The notes: a model not told the origin generated them from the sequence alone. A DNA stretch of 64,000 nt from an uncultured Candidatus Saccharibacteria bacterium (GCA_964482335.1 CAYZXA010000002.1:586-64585); one strand, 5' to 3'; positions 53,149 to 63,373 are shown, counted from the stretch's first letter. Translations and numbers: made by a program.

Positions 53149-54687
53149 ATGGAAAGAAAGATTAATACAGATAAATGGTCTTTAATTCGGTTCATTATTC
53201 CAGCTTTTCCAGAAGTTAACATTTTTTCCCGACAAGCTAAGAAAACTACTGCTCTGGGTCCAATCATGGTAGCCACTGCAGCAAGCAAAGCTTGGAGATG
53301 GCACGTTGAGGTGATTGACGAGAATAACTACAGAGATGGTCCGAGGGATAGTCAAGGGCTACCAGATCATGAGATGTTGCAGGAGAGAAGTCCAGCAGAC
53401 GTGGTCGGATTTTACTGCGGGCTTACTAGTACTATTGAACGCGTTTGGCAATTAGCTGAATTTTATCATGAAAAAGCTCAAACTATTGCTGGCGGCTGGC
53501 ATGCTCATTATTGTCCAGAAGAAACATTGAGGCATAATATTGATGTGGTGGTTCATGGTGATGGAGAAATTGTTATCCAAAAAATTCTGACTGCTTTTGA
53601 GCAAGAAGAAGGGCCTGGGAATATTCCCGGCATTTCTTTCTTAGACAAGGGAGAGGTTAAAACTAATCCTCCAAACATCTTTGAGATCCCAGATTTAAAT
53701 GCTTTGCCTTATCCAGATTTTGGTTTGCTTAAATATGCTAAAGTGAGTATTTATCCAGTTGGTCGGACTAGAGGTTGTAGGATGAATTGCGAATTCTGCA
53801 GCATTAAAGGAAAGCCTCGTTGGAGTACGGGTGAGCATCTTTTTAAGACGGTCGAGTGGCTAGTTGCAACAAGAAGTGCCCGTTATTTCTTTATTGTTGA
53901 TGATCGTTTGGAGGAAGACATTGTTGGCACAGTTGATTTCTTTAGAAGAGTTGCCGAAAGATATGGTAATCGCCTTGCTTTTACCGTTCAAACAAGACTG
54001 GAAGCCGCCAAGAACACAGAATTATTGAGAATTATGAAGAGAGCCGGCGTTAGAGTTGTTTGTATCGGCTACGAATCTGTCATTGAAGCTGAACTTCGGG
54101 CTATGAATAAAGGATATTTATCAATAGCTCAAATGCTTGAATGGACGAAAATTTGGCGTCAGCTTTTCCGGATACATGCAATGTTTATCTTTGGCTATCC
54201 ATTGAAAGACAGAGGGATCTCAATTAGCCCTAAAGAGATGCTCAAAGCTTTTAGAATCTTTCTTGGTAAGGCTCGTCCTGACACTACCCAAATATTACAC
54301 CCAATCCCTTTGGTGGGAACAGATTTACGCAAGAGGTTAGAAGAAGAGGGTAGAATCTATCCTCAGGAATTAGTACCTTGGAGCAAATACGATGGAAGCT
54401 TTGTTTGTTTCCAGCCAGATAACATGACTCCTCGGGAATTCCAAGAAGCCTCTATGAAGCTTATGGGCAGGTTTTACAGTCTACTCCTAAGCCTTATTAA
54501 TATTCCATTGAGAACGATTGCTTTTCCAATAGATTACCTCTTTAGGGGATGGGAGTCTTGGCATCGTGGTTGGTGGAGAAACATTGTGAGGTTCGGCGGA
54601 CATTTTCTTATTCGAAAATGGAGGAAGAGACAGGACGTTAAGCTGTTTATAGAAAAATTAGAGAAATATCAATCGCAAGGCAAGTGA
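53149..54687 (+). CDS. B12-binding-domain radical SAM protein (class B-like), function unknown
   Basis: I set the start at ATG 53149, with RBS AAAGGAG upstream. It has an N-terminal Rossmann-like B12-binding region, and CRMNCEFC is the CX3CX2C motif. Confidence 0.75.
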   Translation: MERKINTDKWSLIRFIIPAFPEVNIFSRQAKKTTALGPIMVATAASKAWRWHVEVIDENNYRDGPRDSQGLPDHEMLQERSPADVVGFYCGLTSTIERVWQLAEFYHEKAQTIAGGWHAHYCPEETLRHNIDVVVHGDGEIVIQKILTAFEQEEGPGNIPGISFLDKGEVKTNPPNIFEIPDLNALPYPDFGLLKYAKVSIYPVGRTRGCRMNCEFCSIKGKPRWSTGEHLFKTVEWLVATRSARYFFIVDDRLEEDIVGTVDFFRRVAERYGNRLAFTVQTRLEAAKNTELLRIMKRAGVRVVCIGYESVIEAELRAMNKGYLSIAQMLEWTKIWRQLFRIHAMFIFGYPLKDRGISISPKEMLKAFRIFLGKARPDTTQILHPIPLVGTDLRKRLEEEGRIYPQELVPWSKYDGSFVCFQPDNMTPREFQEASMKLMGRFYSLLLSLINIPLRTIAFPIDYLFRGWESWHRGWWRNIVRFGGHFLIRKWRKRQDVKLFIEKLEKYQSQGK

Positions 54688-54691
54688 GAAA

Positions 54692-56581
54692 TTACTTGCC
54701 TTTTTTTATTTTTTTAATCAAGTCTCGGATTTCAGCTGCTCTTTCAAAGTTCAGGTTTTTAGCAGCCACTTTCATTTCTTTTTCAAGAAGCTTCTTGTCT
54801 TGGATGGCCCAGAACTCAATACCAACTTCCTTTTCTTTTGGAGCAAAAGGCCATTCCCTTATTTCTTTACTGATGGCCTTAGGTGTTATCTTATGCTTTT
54901 TGTTATATTTCTCCTGGATGTTTCTGCGGCGCAAAACCTCTTTGATCGCTTTTTCCATTGAGAGAGTTTTTTTATCAGCATACATAATAACATGGCCTTG
55001 CAAGTGCCGGGCTGCTCTGCCCATGGTTTGGATTAAGGTTGTTTCATTTCTCAAGAAACCTTCTTTATCAGCATCTAAGATAGCTATTAAACTAACCTCT
55101 GGCAAATCTAAACCTTCTCTTAAAAGGTTGATGCCAACGATAACGTCATATTTGCCTTCTCTTAAATCCTGGAGAATCTTCGGTCTTTCTAAGGTTTTGA
55201 TTTCTGAATGGAGATAATGAGTTTTGATGCCTGCTTCTCTGAGATAATCAGTCAGAGCTTCAGACAGTCTCTTAGTTAAAGTAATGACTAAACTTCTTTG
55301 GTTCTTTTTAATTCTTTTTTTAATCTCTTCTATCAAGTCTTTGACCTGGTTTTTAGTTGGTTTTATTTCAATAGAAGGTTCTAAGAGGCCGGTTGGTCTA
55401 ATAACTTGTTCAACAATATGTTCTTTGACTTTTTGTTTTTCATAAGGTCCCGGAGTAGCTGAAGCATAGATAGTTTGATTGACTCTTTCTTCAAACTCTT
55501 TAAAGTTTAAAGGCCTGTTGTCTAAAGCAGAAGGCAGGCGGAAGCCGTATTCAATCAAAACTTCTTTTCTTGACTTGTCAGTGTTGTACATGGCATGCAA
55601 TTGGGGCAGGGTCATATGCGATTCATCAATAATTGTCAGGAAATCTTTTGGAAAATAATTAAGCAGAACAAAAGGCGGTTCTTTTGGCTTTCTGAACTCC
55701 AAATGCCTTGAATAGTTCTCAATCCCGTGACAAAAGCCCGTTTCTTTCATCAGCTCTAAATCATAGTTTGTCCTTTTCTCTAACTTTTGAGCCTCTATTA
55801 ATTTCTTTTCTCCTTTTAATATTTTTAATTGTTCTTGCAGCTCAAGTTTTATATTCTCTAAGGCAATCTCCAATTTATCCTGAGGAGTTACCCAGAAGTG
55901 AGCTGGAAATATTCTGCATTCAGGCTTAACTATTTTGTCATTAGACAATTCAATAGTTATCACCTTTTTGCCAGTGACCAAATAAACTTCGATAATATCG
56001 CCCCTGACCCTAAAAGTGCCTGGTCGGAAATTAATGTCATTCCTTTGGTATTGCAAAGAAGTTAAACGAGCAATTAAGTCCCTTCTTTTTATCTTTTGTC
56101 CGGGCTTCAATTGTAAGGCAACTTCTTGGTAGGTTTCTGGTGAACCAATATTGTAAATGCATGAAACAGAAGCAACAACAATAACGTCTTTCCTTGTTAA
56201 CAAGTCCTGGGTGGCGGCATGCCTTAGTCTGTCAATTTCTTCATTAATCTTGGCATCTTTTTCAATATAGGTATCAGTTTGGGGGATATAGGCTTCTGGC
56301 TGGTAGTAATCATAATAGGAAACAAAGTAATGGACAGCATTATTTGGGAAGAACTCTTTGAATTCTTGGTACAATTGAGCAGCCAAAGTTTTGTTGTGGG
56401 AGATGACTAAAACCGGCTTGTTTGCTTTTTCAATTATTTTGGCTATGCTAAAGGTTTTTCCGCTTCCCGTTACACCCAAAAGTACCTGGTTTTTAACACC
56501 AGCTTCAAGGTTTTTAAATAATTGTTCAATAGCCTGAGGCTGATCACCTGTTGGCTTGAATTTAGAGACAAGCTTGAACAT
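54692..56581 (-). CDS. uvrB: Excinuclease ABC subunit B
   Basis: 629 aa with GVTGSGKTF, helicase motifs, and the C-terminal UVR domain (FERAAEIRD). Confidence 0.95.
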   Translation of the reverse strand: MFKLVSKFKPTGDQPQAIEQLFKNLEAGVKNQVLLGVTGSGKTFSIAKIIEKANKPVLVISHNKTLAAQLYQEFKEFFPNNAVHYFVSYYDYYQPEAYIPQTDTYIEKDAKINEEIDRLRHAATQDLLTRKDVIVVASVSCIYNIGSPETYQEVALQLKPGQKIKRRDLIARLTSLQYQRNDINFRPGTFRVRGDIIEVYLVTGKKVITIELSNDKIVKPECRIFPAHFWVTPQDKLEIALENIKLELQEQLKILKGEKKLIEAQKLEKRTNYDLELMKETGFCHGIENYSRHLEFRKPKEPPFVLLNYFPKDFLTIIDESHMTLPQLHAMYNTDKSRKEVLIEYGFRLPSALDNRPLNFKEFEERVNQTIYASATPGPYEKQKVKEHIVEQVIRPTGLLEPSIEIKPTKNQVKDLIEEIKKRIKKNQRSLVITLTKRLSEALTDYLREAGIKTHYLHSEIKTLERPKILQDLREGKYDVIVGINLLREGLDLPEVSLIAILDADKEGFLRNETTLIQTMGRAARHLQGHVIMYADKKTLSMEKAIKEVLRRRNIQEKYNKKHKITPKAISKEIREWPFAPKEKEVGIEFWAIQDKKLLEKEMKVAAKNLNFERAAEIRDLIKKIKKGK

Positions 56582-56643
56582 AACTTCTTAATTTTATGTT
56601 AAATTTCTTCTTTTTTCAAGGATAGGTTAAGATAAGATAAGGT

Positions 56644-57852
56644 ATGAAGAAATTAATTAAAAAATTTATCCCTCCATTTTTGCTCGGTTGGTATCACCTA
56701 AGCTTGGCTTTTTTGGGCGCTGTTTTATATCGCTTTCCTTCAAGAAAACTGAAGGTCATTGGTGTAACCGGCACTAATGGAAAAACAACAGTTGTTAACT
56801 TAACAACAAAGATTTTAGAGGAAGCTGGCTATAAACTGGCTTCTTTATCTTCTATCAAGTTCAAAATAGCTGATAAAGAAAGACCCAATACCTTGAAAAT
56901 GACCATGCCAGGACGCTTTAAGCTCCAGAGGTTTTTAAGAGAAGCTCTGAGCAATAACTGTCAGTATGTAGTTTTAGAAGTAACCTCAGAAGGTATTAAA
57001 CAACACCGTCATCGATTTATTAGTTTTAATACAGCTATTTTTACTAACTTAACGCCAGAACATATTGAAGCTCATAAAGGATTTGAAAACTATAAGAAAG
57101 CCAAAGGAAAACTTTTTCAAACAACCAGAGAGATTCATGTTATTAATCTTGACGATGAGAACGCTAAATACTTTTTACAGTTTCCAGCAAAGAAGAAATA
57201 TACCTATGGCTTAAACCAGGGAGATATTAATACCAAGAATACGCAGTTTAAACTTTTTTTAATTGGTGATTTTAATAAATATAATGCTTTAGCAGCAATT
57301 TGCCTTGGCTTGTCTCAAGGGATTGATTTGGAGGTTTGCCAAAGAGCTTTAGAAAAAGTTAAAGGAATTCCCGGCAGAATGGAACAGGTCATTTCTCAGC
57401 CCTTTAAGGTTTTTGTTGATTATGCTTTTACGCCTAATGCTCTAGATAAGGTTTATCAAACTTTAAAACCAAGAGATGCTAATATGATATGTGTTTTAGG
57501 ATCTTGCGGTGGAGGCAGAGACAGGTGGAAAAGACCGATCCTAGGCGAGATAGCTGCCAAATACTGCAATGAAATAATTATTACCAACGAAGACCCGTAC
57601 GACGAAGACCCAATGAAGATTATTAGAGAAGTAGCCAAAGGAACAAAAGGTAAGGCAGAAACAATATTAGACAGACGAGAAGCAATTAAAAGAGCCTTGA
57701 AACTAGCTAAGCCTGCTGATACAGTAATAACCACTGGCAAGGGCTCGGAATCCTGGATATGCTTGGCTCACGGTAAAAAGATTCCTTGGAGTGAAGTAGA
57801 GGTTATTCATGAAGAAATCAAAAAACTCAACATAGTTAATATAGTTCTTTAA
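56644..57852 (+). CDS. Mur ligase family protein, MurE-like but lacking the N-terminal domain
   Basis: 402 aa with GVTGTNGKTT, GDFNKYNALAA, PGRME, VDYAFTPNAL, GGGRDRWKRP and TNEDP. Confidence 0.75.
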   Translation: MKKLIKKFIPPFLLGWYHLSLAFLGAVLYRFPSRKLKVIGVTGTNGKTTVVNLTTKILEEAGYKLASLSSIKFKIADKERPNTLKMTMPGRFKLQRFLREALSNNCQYVVLEVTSEGIKQHRHRFISFNTAIFTNLTPEHIEAHKGFENYKKAKGKLFQTTREIHVINLDDENAKYFLQFPAKKKYTYGLNQGDINTKNTQFKLFLIGDFNKYNALAAICLGLSQGIDLEVCQRALEKVKGIPGRMEQVISQPFKVFVDYAFTPNALDKVYQTLKPRDANMICVLGSCGGGRDRWKRPILGEIAAKYCNEIIITNEDPYDEDPMKIIREVAKGTKGKAETILDRREAIKRALKLAKPADTVITTGKGSESWICLAHGKKIPWSEVEVIHEEIKKLNIVNIVL

Positions 57853-57883
57853 TAAAGTCCAAAAAGGGAGGAGGTAGAAAGAA

Positions 57884-58246
57884 ATGAGAGATAAAAAAAA
57901 TCAAAAACTAGCAGAAAGAGATTTTAACTCTTTTATTAATGACCTAAAGATAGGTGGATTAGAGTTTGAGATTATTGAGGAAAATGAGATTAAGAAGAAT
58001 TGTCTAAAAGGTCTTTATAACAGAGCAAAAGAGGTTCTTTTCCAAGTTAATCCCGAAGAACTTTTATTATTTGTATTCAGAGATAAAAAAACGCAAGCTT
58101 GTTGGTCCTCGGAAGACTATTCAGGGAGCGTCATAATCAATATGGCTTATAATCTTGAAATTAGCGAGCTTAAAAAGGCAAGAGGGGAAGCCAGGGAGAA
58201 AGTCCGGCAGGAGCTCGATTTAGTAATAGTCGAACCAGAAACTTAG
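57884..58246 (+). CDS. Hypothetical protein
   Basis: 120 aa with a strong RBS (GGGAGGAGG). I recognised no family. Confidence 0.65.
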   Translation: MRDKKNQKLAERDFNSFINDLKIGGLEFEIIEENEIKKNCLKGLYNRAKEVLFQVNPEELLLFVFRDKKTQACWSSEDYSGSVIINMAYNLEISELKKARGEAREKVRQELDLVIVEPET

Positions 58247-58320
58247 CAAGATGAGGTTGTCAAAGATGACCTCATTTTTATTTGAAATTATCTTAAAAAT
58301 TAAATAGAATATAGATACTT

Positions 58321-59763
58321 ATGAAGAAGTCTGATTTCAAAAAAATATCAGATTGGCTTTGGGAGATTCCCAAGGGTTTTAGAGAAGACATGCGAGTGCC
58401 AGCTCGTGTTTATGCTTCAGAGAAAATGTTAGAAAACATCTTTCAAGACAGAAGTATCCCACAGCTGATTAATGGTACAACTCTACCTGGTATAGTTAGA
58501 CACGGTATTGCCATGCCCGATTGTCATGAGGGGTACTCTGTACCCATTGGTTTTGTTGGCGCCATCAGGACTTCTGACGGCGTTATTTCACCTGGTGCTT
58601 GCGGTTTTGATATTAACTGCGGTATGAGATTATTAAAATCAGAGCTGACTAAAAAAGACATTAAACCTCATTTAGAGAATTTAGCTACAGAAATACAAAA
58701 ACAAGTTCCTTCGGGCCTGGGCCAAGGCAGGCAGGTTAAGTTAAGCATTGGAGAGGTTGATAAAATCTTAAAAGGTGGAGCCCAAAGACTTGTTGAGCAA
58801 GGCTATGGTCAGAAAGAAGATATTGAGAATTGTGAAGCTCAGGGCAGATTAGATTGGGCTGACAGCTCTGTAGTTTCTTTGCGCGCTAAGGATCGGGGCA
58901 GAGATCAGGTGGGGACTCTCGGGAGTGGAAATCATTTTATCGAACTTCAAAAAGTAGAGGAGATTTTTGATGAAACAGTGGCTAAGAATTTCGGACTCTT
59001 CAGAAACCAGGTTGTCATTATGATTCATACTGGTTCAAGAGGTCTTGGCCATCAAGTCTGTACTGATTATTTAAGAACAATGATTCCAGCCATGCAAAGA
59101 TACAACATTAAAGTACCTGATCGAGAGTTTGCCTGTGTGCCATTTAAATCTTCAGAAGGTCAGCAATATTTTAAAGCTATGGGCGCAGCTGCTAACTATG
59201 CTTGGGCTAACCGACAGATGATCGCTCATTTTGTCAGAAAGGCCTGGCAGCAAGTATTGGGCGAGAAAGCTTCACCTTTAATCCCTTTATACGATGTAGC
59301 TCACAATATTATTAAAAAGGAGAAATATGTTATTGAAGGTAAAGAAACCGAATTAGCTGTTCACCGTAAAGGAGCCACCAGAGCCTTTCCGCCAGGGCAT
59401 AATAAAATTCCAGCAAAATACCAAAAAACAGGTCAGCCGGTTTTAATTCCAGGTTCTATGGGTACTGCTTCCTATGTCTTGGTAGGACAGAAACAAGGCG
59501 AAGAAGCTTTTTATTCAACAAACCATGGAGCAGGTAGAACCATGTCTCGCAGAGAGGCTACCAGGCGCATCTCTGGACAGGAAGTCATAAAAAGGTTAGA
59601 ACAAAAAGGAATCATCATTAAATGCTGGAGCCAGAGAGGTATTGCCGAAGAAGCACCCATGGCTTATAAAAATGTTGATGATGTGGTAGAGGTGGTTGAG
59701 AAAGCTGGCCTATCAAAGAAAGTTGCCAGAGTAGTGCCTTTAGCCGTCATAAAAGGTGAATAA
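58321..59763 (+). CDS. rtcB: RNA 3'-phosphate ligase RtcB
   Basis: 480 aa with MPDCHEGY, GSGNHF, IPGSMGTASY and NHGAGR. Confidence 0.95.
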   Translation: MKKSDFKKISDWLWEIPKGFREDMRVPARVYASEKMLENIFQDRSIPQLINGTTLPGIVRHGIAMPDCHEGYSVPIGFVGAIRTSDGVISPGACGFDINCGMRLLKSELTKKDIKPHLENLATEIQKQVPSGLGQGRQVKLSIGEVDKILKGGAQRLVEQGYGQKEDIENCEAQGRLDWADSSVVSLRAKDRGRDQVGTLGSGNHFIELQKVEEIFDETVAKNFGLFRNQVVIMIHTGSRGLGHQVCTDYLRTMIPAMQRYNIKVPDREFACVPFKSSEGQQYFKAMGAAANYAWANRQMIAHFVRKAWQQVLGEKASPLIPLYDVAHNIIKKEKYVIEGKETELAVHRKGATRAFPPGHNKIPAKYQKTGQPVLIPGSMGTASYVLVGQKQGEEAFYSTNHGAGRTMSRREATRRISGQEVIKRLEQKGIIIKCWSQRGIAEEAPMAYKNVDDVVEVVEKAGLSKKVARVVPLAVIKGE

Positions 59764-59975
59764 ATTTATATGAGTAGAATATTTTATTGGTCTTATGAAA
59801 AAGAAAAGACTTCCCAAGAGCCTGAGGAAATTTATTCGTAAAGAAAAAGCCCGGATTCGCCGGGAAGTTTTAGACATAAAGGAACAAGAAGAAAAGATTA
59901 GAGAACTTTATCAGAAACTTAATTTGATTAAGTCCTAAATAGTCGCTTAGAGCGGCCATTGTTTCTTAAAAAACC

Positions 59976-60003
59976 TTGACCTTAAAATTATTTCTGCTAT
60001 AAT
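59976..60003 (+). promoter_or_regulatory. Sigma70-like promoter TTGACC-N16-TATAAT placed for a leaderless transcript
   Basis: The -10 element ends 7 nt before ATG 60011, and there is no RBS between them. Confidence 0.5.
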
Positions 60004-60010
60004 TTTTTGT

Positions 60011-60961
60011 ATGACTATTCAAGAAATATACAATTTAACAATCGATAAAGGAATTGAGGCTGATTTTCGGGGAAGAGAGGGAGTAGAGAAAGTCTTAAAA
60101 AGAAGGAAAGAAAAGTTTGAGAAACTGTCAGAAAAAGAAAAACAGGAGTTTGACAAAGAAGCCTTTGAGAATCCTTATCTGGACTCAAGGATTTTAAATA
60201 TTGCTCAAGATAAAGAAGTAAAAAAGGTTTTGGTCGGAATTGATATTGAACCTGCTGAGATTATTTTAGCAAAAGAAATTGGCAATATTGATTTAATTAT
60301 CGCTCATCATCCTTTGGGTAAAGGATTGGCTAATTTGCACGAAGTCATGGAGCTTCAGTGCGACGTTCTTAATCAGTATGGAGTGCCAATCAATATTGCT
60401 GAGGGATTGATGAAAGAAAGGATTGAGGAAGTGGCCAGAGGGGTAAACAACCTAAATCACCAAAGGACGATTGATGCAGCCAGAATACTTGGCTTTAATT
60501 TAATAAACAGCCATACTCCTTGTGATAACTTAGCTGCTAAATTTTTAAAGGAAAAAGTTGAGCAAGAAAAGCCAGAAAGAATTGAGGACTTGCTCGACTT
60601 GTTAAAAGAAATTCCAGAATATAGGAAGGCAATTGAATTTGGTGCTGGTCCTAAAATCTTTGTTGGAGAGGAGGAGAATCGCTGTGGTAAAATCGCCATA
60701 ACAGAGATTACCGGCGGGACAGAAGGTTCGCCAAAGCTTTATGAAAAAATGGCTCAAGCTGGCATTGGTACGATAATTGGCATGCACATTTCTGAAGAGC
60801 ATAAAAAAGAAGCAGAAGCCGCCAACCTTAATGTAGTTATTGCCGGACACATGTCTTCCGATTCTTTGGGCATAAATTTATTTTTAGACGAATTAGAGAA
60901 ACAAGGAATAGAAATTATTCCTTGTTCTGGCTTTATCAGAATCTCTCGGATAGAAAAATAG
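60011..60961 (+). CDS. NIF3-family (YbgI-like) metal-binding protein
   Basis: 316 aa with DLIIAHHPL and a C-terminal H..S.D pattern (GHMSSDS). Confidence 0.6.
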   Translation: MTIQEIYNLTIDKGIEADFRGREGVEKVLKRRKEKFEKLSEKEKQEFDKEAFENPYLDSRILNIAQDKEVKKVLVGIDIEPAEIILAKEIGNIDLIIAHHPLGKGLANLHEVMELQCDVLNQYGVPINIAEGLMKERIEEVARGVNNLNHQRTIDAARILGFNLINSHTPCDNLAAKFLKEKVEQEKPERIEDLLDLLKEIPEYRKAIEFGAGPKIFVGEEENRCGKIAITEITGGTEGSPKLYEKMAQAGIGTIIGMHISEEHKKEAEAANLNVVIAGHMSSDSLGINLFLDELEKQGIEIIPCSGFIRISRIEK

Positions 60962-60982
60962 GTTCGAGTCTACGACCCGCAG
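60961..60982 (+). other. tRNA 3'-half-like fragment (T-loop plus acceptor 3' strand)
   Basis: GGTTCGAGTC-TACG-ACCCGCAG lacks a matching 5' half, and the upstream bases cannot form the T-stem. Confidence 0.3.
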
Positions 60983-60996
60983 CAAATCAAGTTCAA

Positions 60997-61021
60997 AAAG
61001 TCGCCAAGAAGGCGATTTTTT
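60997..61021 (+). terminator. Intrinsic terminator
   Basis: AAAGTCGCC-aagaa-GGCGATTTTTT. Confidence 0.7.
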
Positions 61022-61035
61022 GGTAAAATAAAGGA

Positions 61036-62172
61036 ATGAAAACAGGTGTAGCTACAGTTCCTCTAGATTATGGCAAATGTCCCCGCTGGCTGTTCGAAAG
61101 AATGGAAAGGCTGGGTCGGGGAATAGCCATAGCTATTGTTGAAGAGTTTGGACCCGAAGAATTTTTAAAGAGAATATCTGATCCTGCTTGGTTTCAGTCT
61201 TTAGGATGTGTTATGGGTTTTGACTGGAATAGTTCAGGGTTGACTGTTGTTGCCTTAGGGGCTTTAAAAGCAGGGCTTTTTGATATTCAAGACCAACTGG
61301 GTATTTATGTTTGCGGTGGCAAGAAAACTTCAAGGGAAACGCCGAAAGAGATTGAAGCTTATGGTATATCGCGGCAGTTTTCCTTTGCTCCTGATTTGAT
61401 TTACGCTTCAAAGATGGCCGCTAAAACCGATTCAGCTTTAATCCAGGACAATTACCAAATTTATCAGCACAACTTCTTATTTACCAAATCTGGCACTTGG
61501 GCTGTTATACAGCAGGGTATGAACACAGATAATCAGACAGCTCGTAGATATCATTGGTTGTCTTCGGGTCTTCAGGATTTTGTTGAAGAGCCTCATTCTG
61601 GCATTGTTTCTGACAAGAGAGTAAAACCTCTTAACTTAACGGCTAAAGAGAGCAATCAAAACAGGCATATCAGTTTGAAACAGGTTTTGGACGAGCCAAA
61701 GACTTTTATTACTAACCTGTCTATGGTGCAGCGCCAGCCCAAACAATTAACTTTGCTTGAGTTGCGCAATAAGGAGTTCTCTTGGCATCCGGTAGTTCAA
61801 GAAAAGTTTGATTTAAAGAGACTGCAGAAAACCATCTTTTTTGCTAAAGATAGAGATCCTCAAAGCTTTGAGCAGCTTCTCTCTTTAAAGAACGTTGGTC
61901 CCAGGACTATTAGGGCTTTATCTTTGGTTTCAGAGATAATTTATGGCGCCAAGCCTTCTTATGAAGATCCAGCCAGATATTCTTTTTCAGTCGGTGGTAA
62001 AGATGGGACCCCATATTTTATAGAGAAAAAGACATACGATGAGTTATTAGGGGTTATGGAGAAGGGTATTAATAAAAGCAAAGTAAGTATTAAAGAAAAA
62101 TTAGAAGCACAAAGACGACTTACAAATCATGCCACATTTAACTTCTCAACAAAAAGCAAAAAAATTAAATAA
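61036..62172 (+). CDS. DUF763-family protein
   Basis: 378 aa. The N-terminus LDYGKCPRWLFERMERLGRGIA matches my recollection of the DUF763 signature (GK.P.WLF.RM). Confidence 0.55.
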   Translation: MKTGVATVPLDYGKCPRWLFERMERLGRGIAIAIVEEFGPEEFLKRISDPAWFQSLGCVMGFDWNSSGLTVVALGALKAGLFDIQDQLGIYVCGGKKTSRETPKEIEAYGISRQFSFAPDLIYASKMAAKTDSALIQDNYQIYQHNFLFTKSGTWAVIQQGMNTDNQTARRYHWLSSGLQDFVEEPHSGIVSDKRVKPLNLTAKESNQNRHISLKQVLDEPKTFITNLSMVQRQPKQLTLLELRNKEFSWHPVVQEKFDLKRLQKTIFFAKDRDPQSFEQLLSLKNVGPRTIRALSLVSEIIYGAKPSYEDPARYSFSVGGKDGTPYFIEKKTYDELLGVMEKGINKSKVSIKEKLEAQRRLTNHATFNFSTKSKKIK

Positions 62173-63373
62173 AATCTTAAGTTACGTTCGTTTAAGCCAT
62201 CACCGATATAAAAAATATCCCACTTTAGAATTTATTGAAAAGAAATTTCATACAAACCTCAGAACTTACAATCTTAATATTCGAAAACTTTATAAATTAG
62301 CTAATGTTCTGTACAAAAGAGACCCGAATCCCTTTTTAAGATATGAAAAAGAGAAGAAATTGGCAGATATAACCAAGAAATTATTTACCCAATCAGGTTA
62401 TAAAATAAAAAACATTTCCATCGGCCCATCTAAACCAAGAGGAGCAGATATTATAGTTGAAGATAAACGGAAAAGACTAATCCCGGTAGAAATTAAAGCA
62501 TATCAAAAATTTGGAAAACTTGGGTCTGCTAAGTACTCACCTTATATAAGAGATGAGATTCTCCAATTGAAGAGATACATCAAACATCTCCATGCGCCAT
62601 ATGGCTATTTAATAACAAGCACAGATCAAAAAGTATTTAGAAGCACCCCTCCGAATATCAAAATTCTTTTTGGGAAAGATTTAGAAAAATTTCTTTCTCA
62701 CTTTAATATGTATAAAGAATTAAGAGACTTAAATTGGATAAGGAATTCCTCGATTTCTTATGGAAAAGAAGAATTATACAAGAAGATTCGGAATAAAATC
62801 TTAAAGTTAGTTAAGAAAGAAGTGAAAAAAGGAAGGTATGTATCTAACGATAAGGTTGTTCAGAAATTTAAAGTACATGTTGAAAGTTATTTTCCGGGAG
62901 GAATGACAGAAATTTACCAAAAATTAAACACAAACCTTGATTTATTTTCAAATTCACGTATGGGAGGAAATGTAAACAAAAAATCTTTTAAAGCAAAAGT
63001 AGTCCATTTTATTAAAGATGAAGTCGGGAATAATAGATATCCAACATACAAAGCCATTCAGAAACAATTCCACTTTTTACCCACATTGTTTTTCCTAGGA
63101 GGAATCAGAGAAATGTATAAAATGGCAGGAATAAAATATTATAGAAAATTTGCTACAAAAACTCCAAAAGAAAGAGAATCAATAAGACAAAAGGTCATTC
63201 AATATGCTATTCAAAAACTAAAGAATGACTTTTATCCTGGATATAGAGATGTAGAATCTAAATTCCATATTAATTTTCAATATTATTTTAAAAATCCCGA
63301 AGAATTATATCAGAAAGCTGGATATAACGGCTCAGTAAAAAAAACATGGAAAAATTCTGGGAGAAAGATTTAA
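62129..63373 (+). CDS. PD-(D/E)XK nuclease-like core flanked by four homing-endonuclease-associated-repeat-like modules
   Basis: 414 aa. GADIIVEDKRKRLIPVEIKAYQK fits a D..(E/V)-x-K core. A ~25-aa module ending ...(L/I/M)Y(K/Q)(K/L/M)A(G/N) is repeated four times. It overlaps the preceding gene by 44 nt, so the start is uncertain. Confidence 0.55.
   Translation: MPHLTSQQKAKKLNKILSYVRLSHHRYKKYPTLEFIEKKFHTNLRTYNLNIRKLYKLANVLYKRDPNPFLRYEKEKKLADITKKLFTQSGYKIKNISIGPSKPRGADIIVEDKRKRLIPVEIKAYQKFGKLGSAKYSPYIRDEILQLKRYIKHLHAPYGYLITSTDQKVFRSTPPNIKILFGKDLEKFLSHFNMYKELRDLNWIRNSSISYGKEELYKKIRNKILKLVKKEVKKGRYVSNDKVVQKFKVHVESYFPGGMTEIYQKLNTNLDLFSNSRMGGNVNKKSFKAKVVHFIKDEVGNNRYPTYKAIQKQFHFLPTLFFLGGIREMYKMAGIKYYRKFATKTPKERESIRQKVIQYAIQKLKNDFYPGYRDVESKFHINFQYYFKNPEELYQKAGYNGSVKKTWKNSGRKI

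Noticed and set aside
54684-55217. 177-aa plus-strand ORF
   Set aside because: It is entirely antisense to uvrB, whose identity is unambiguous.
59795-59938. Small basic ORFs: 47 aa MKKKRLPKSLRKFIRKEKARIRREV.. at 59795..59938 and 41 aa MKRYSSRRAKKGKTAYRT.. at 63381..63506
   Set aside because: I recognised no family and the RBS is absent or weak. The second overlaps the 3' end of the Elp3 gene. These may be real small proteins, but I cannot support them from sequence alone.
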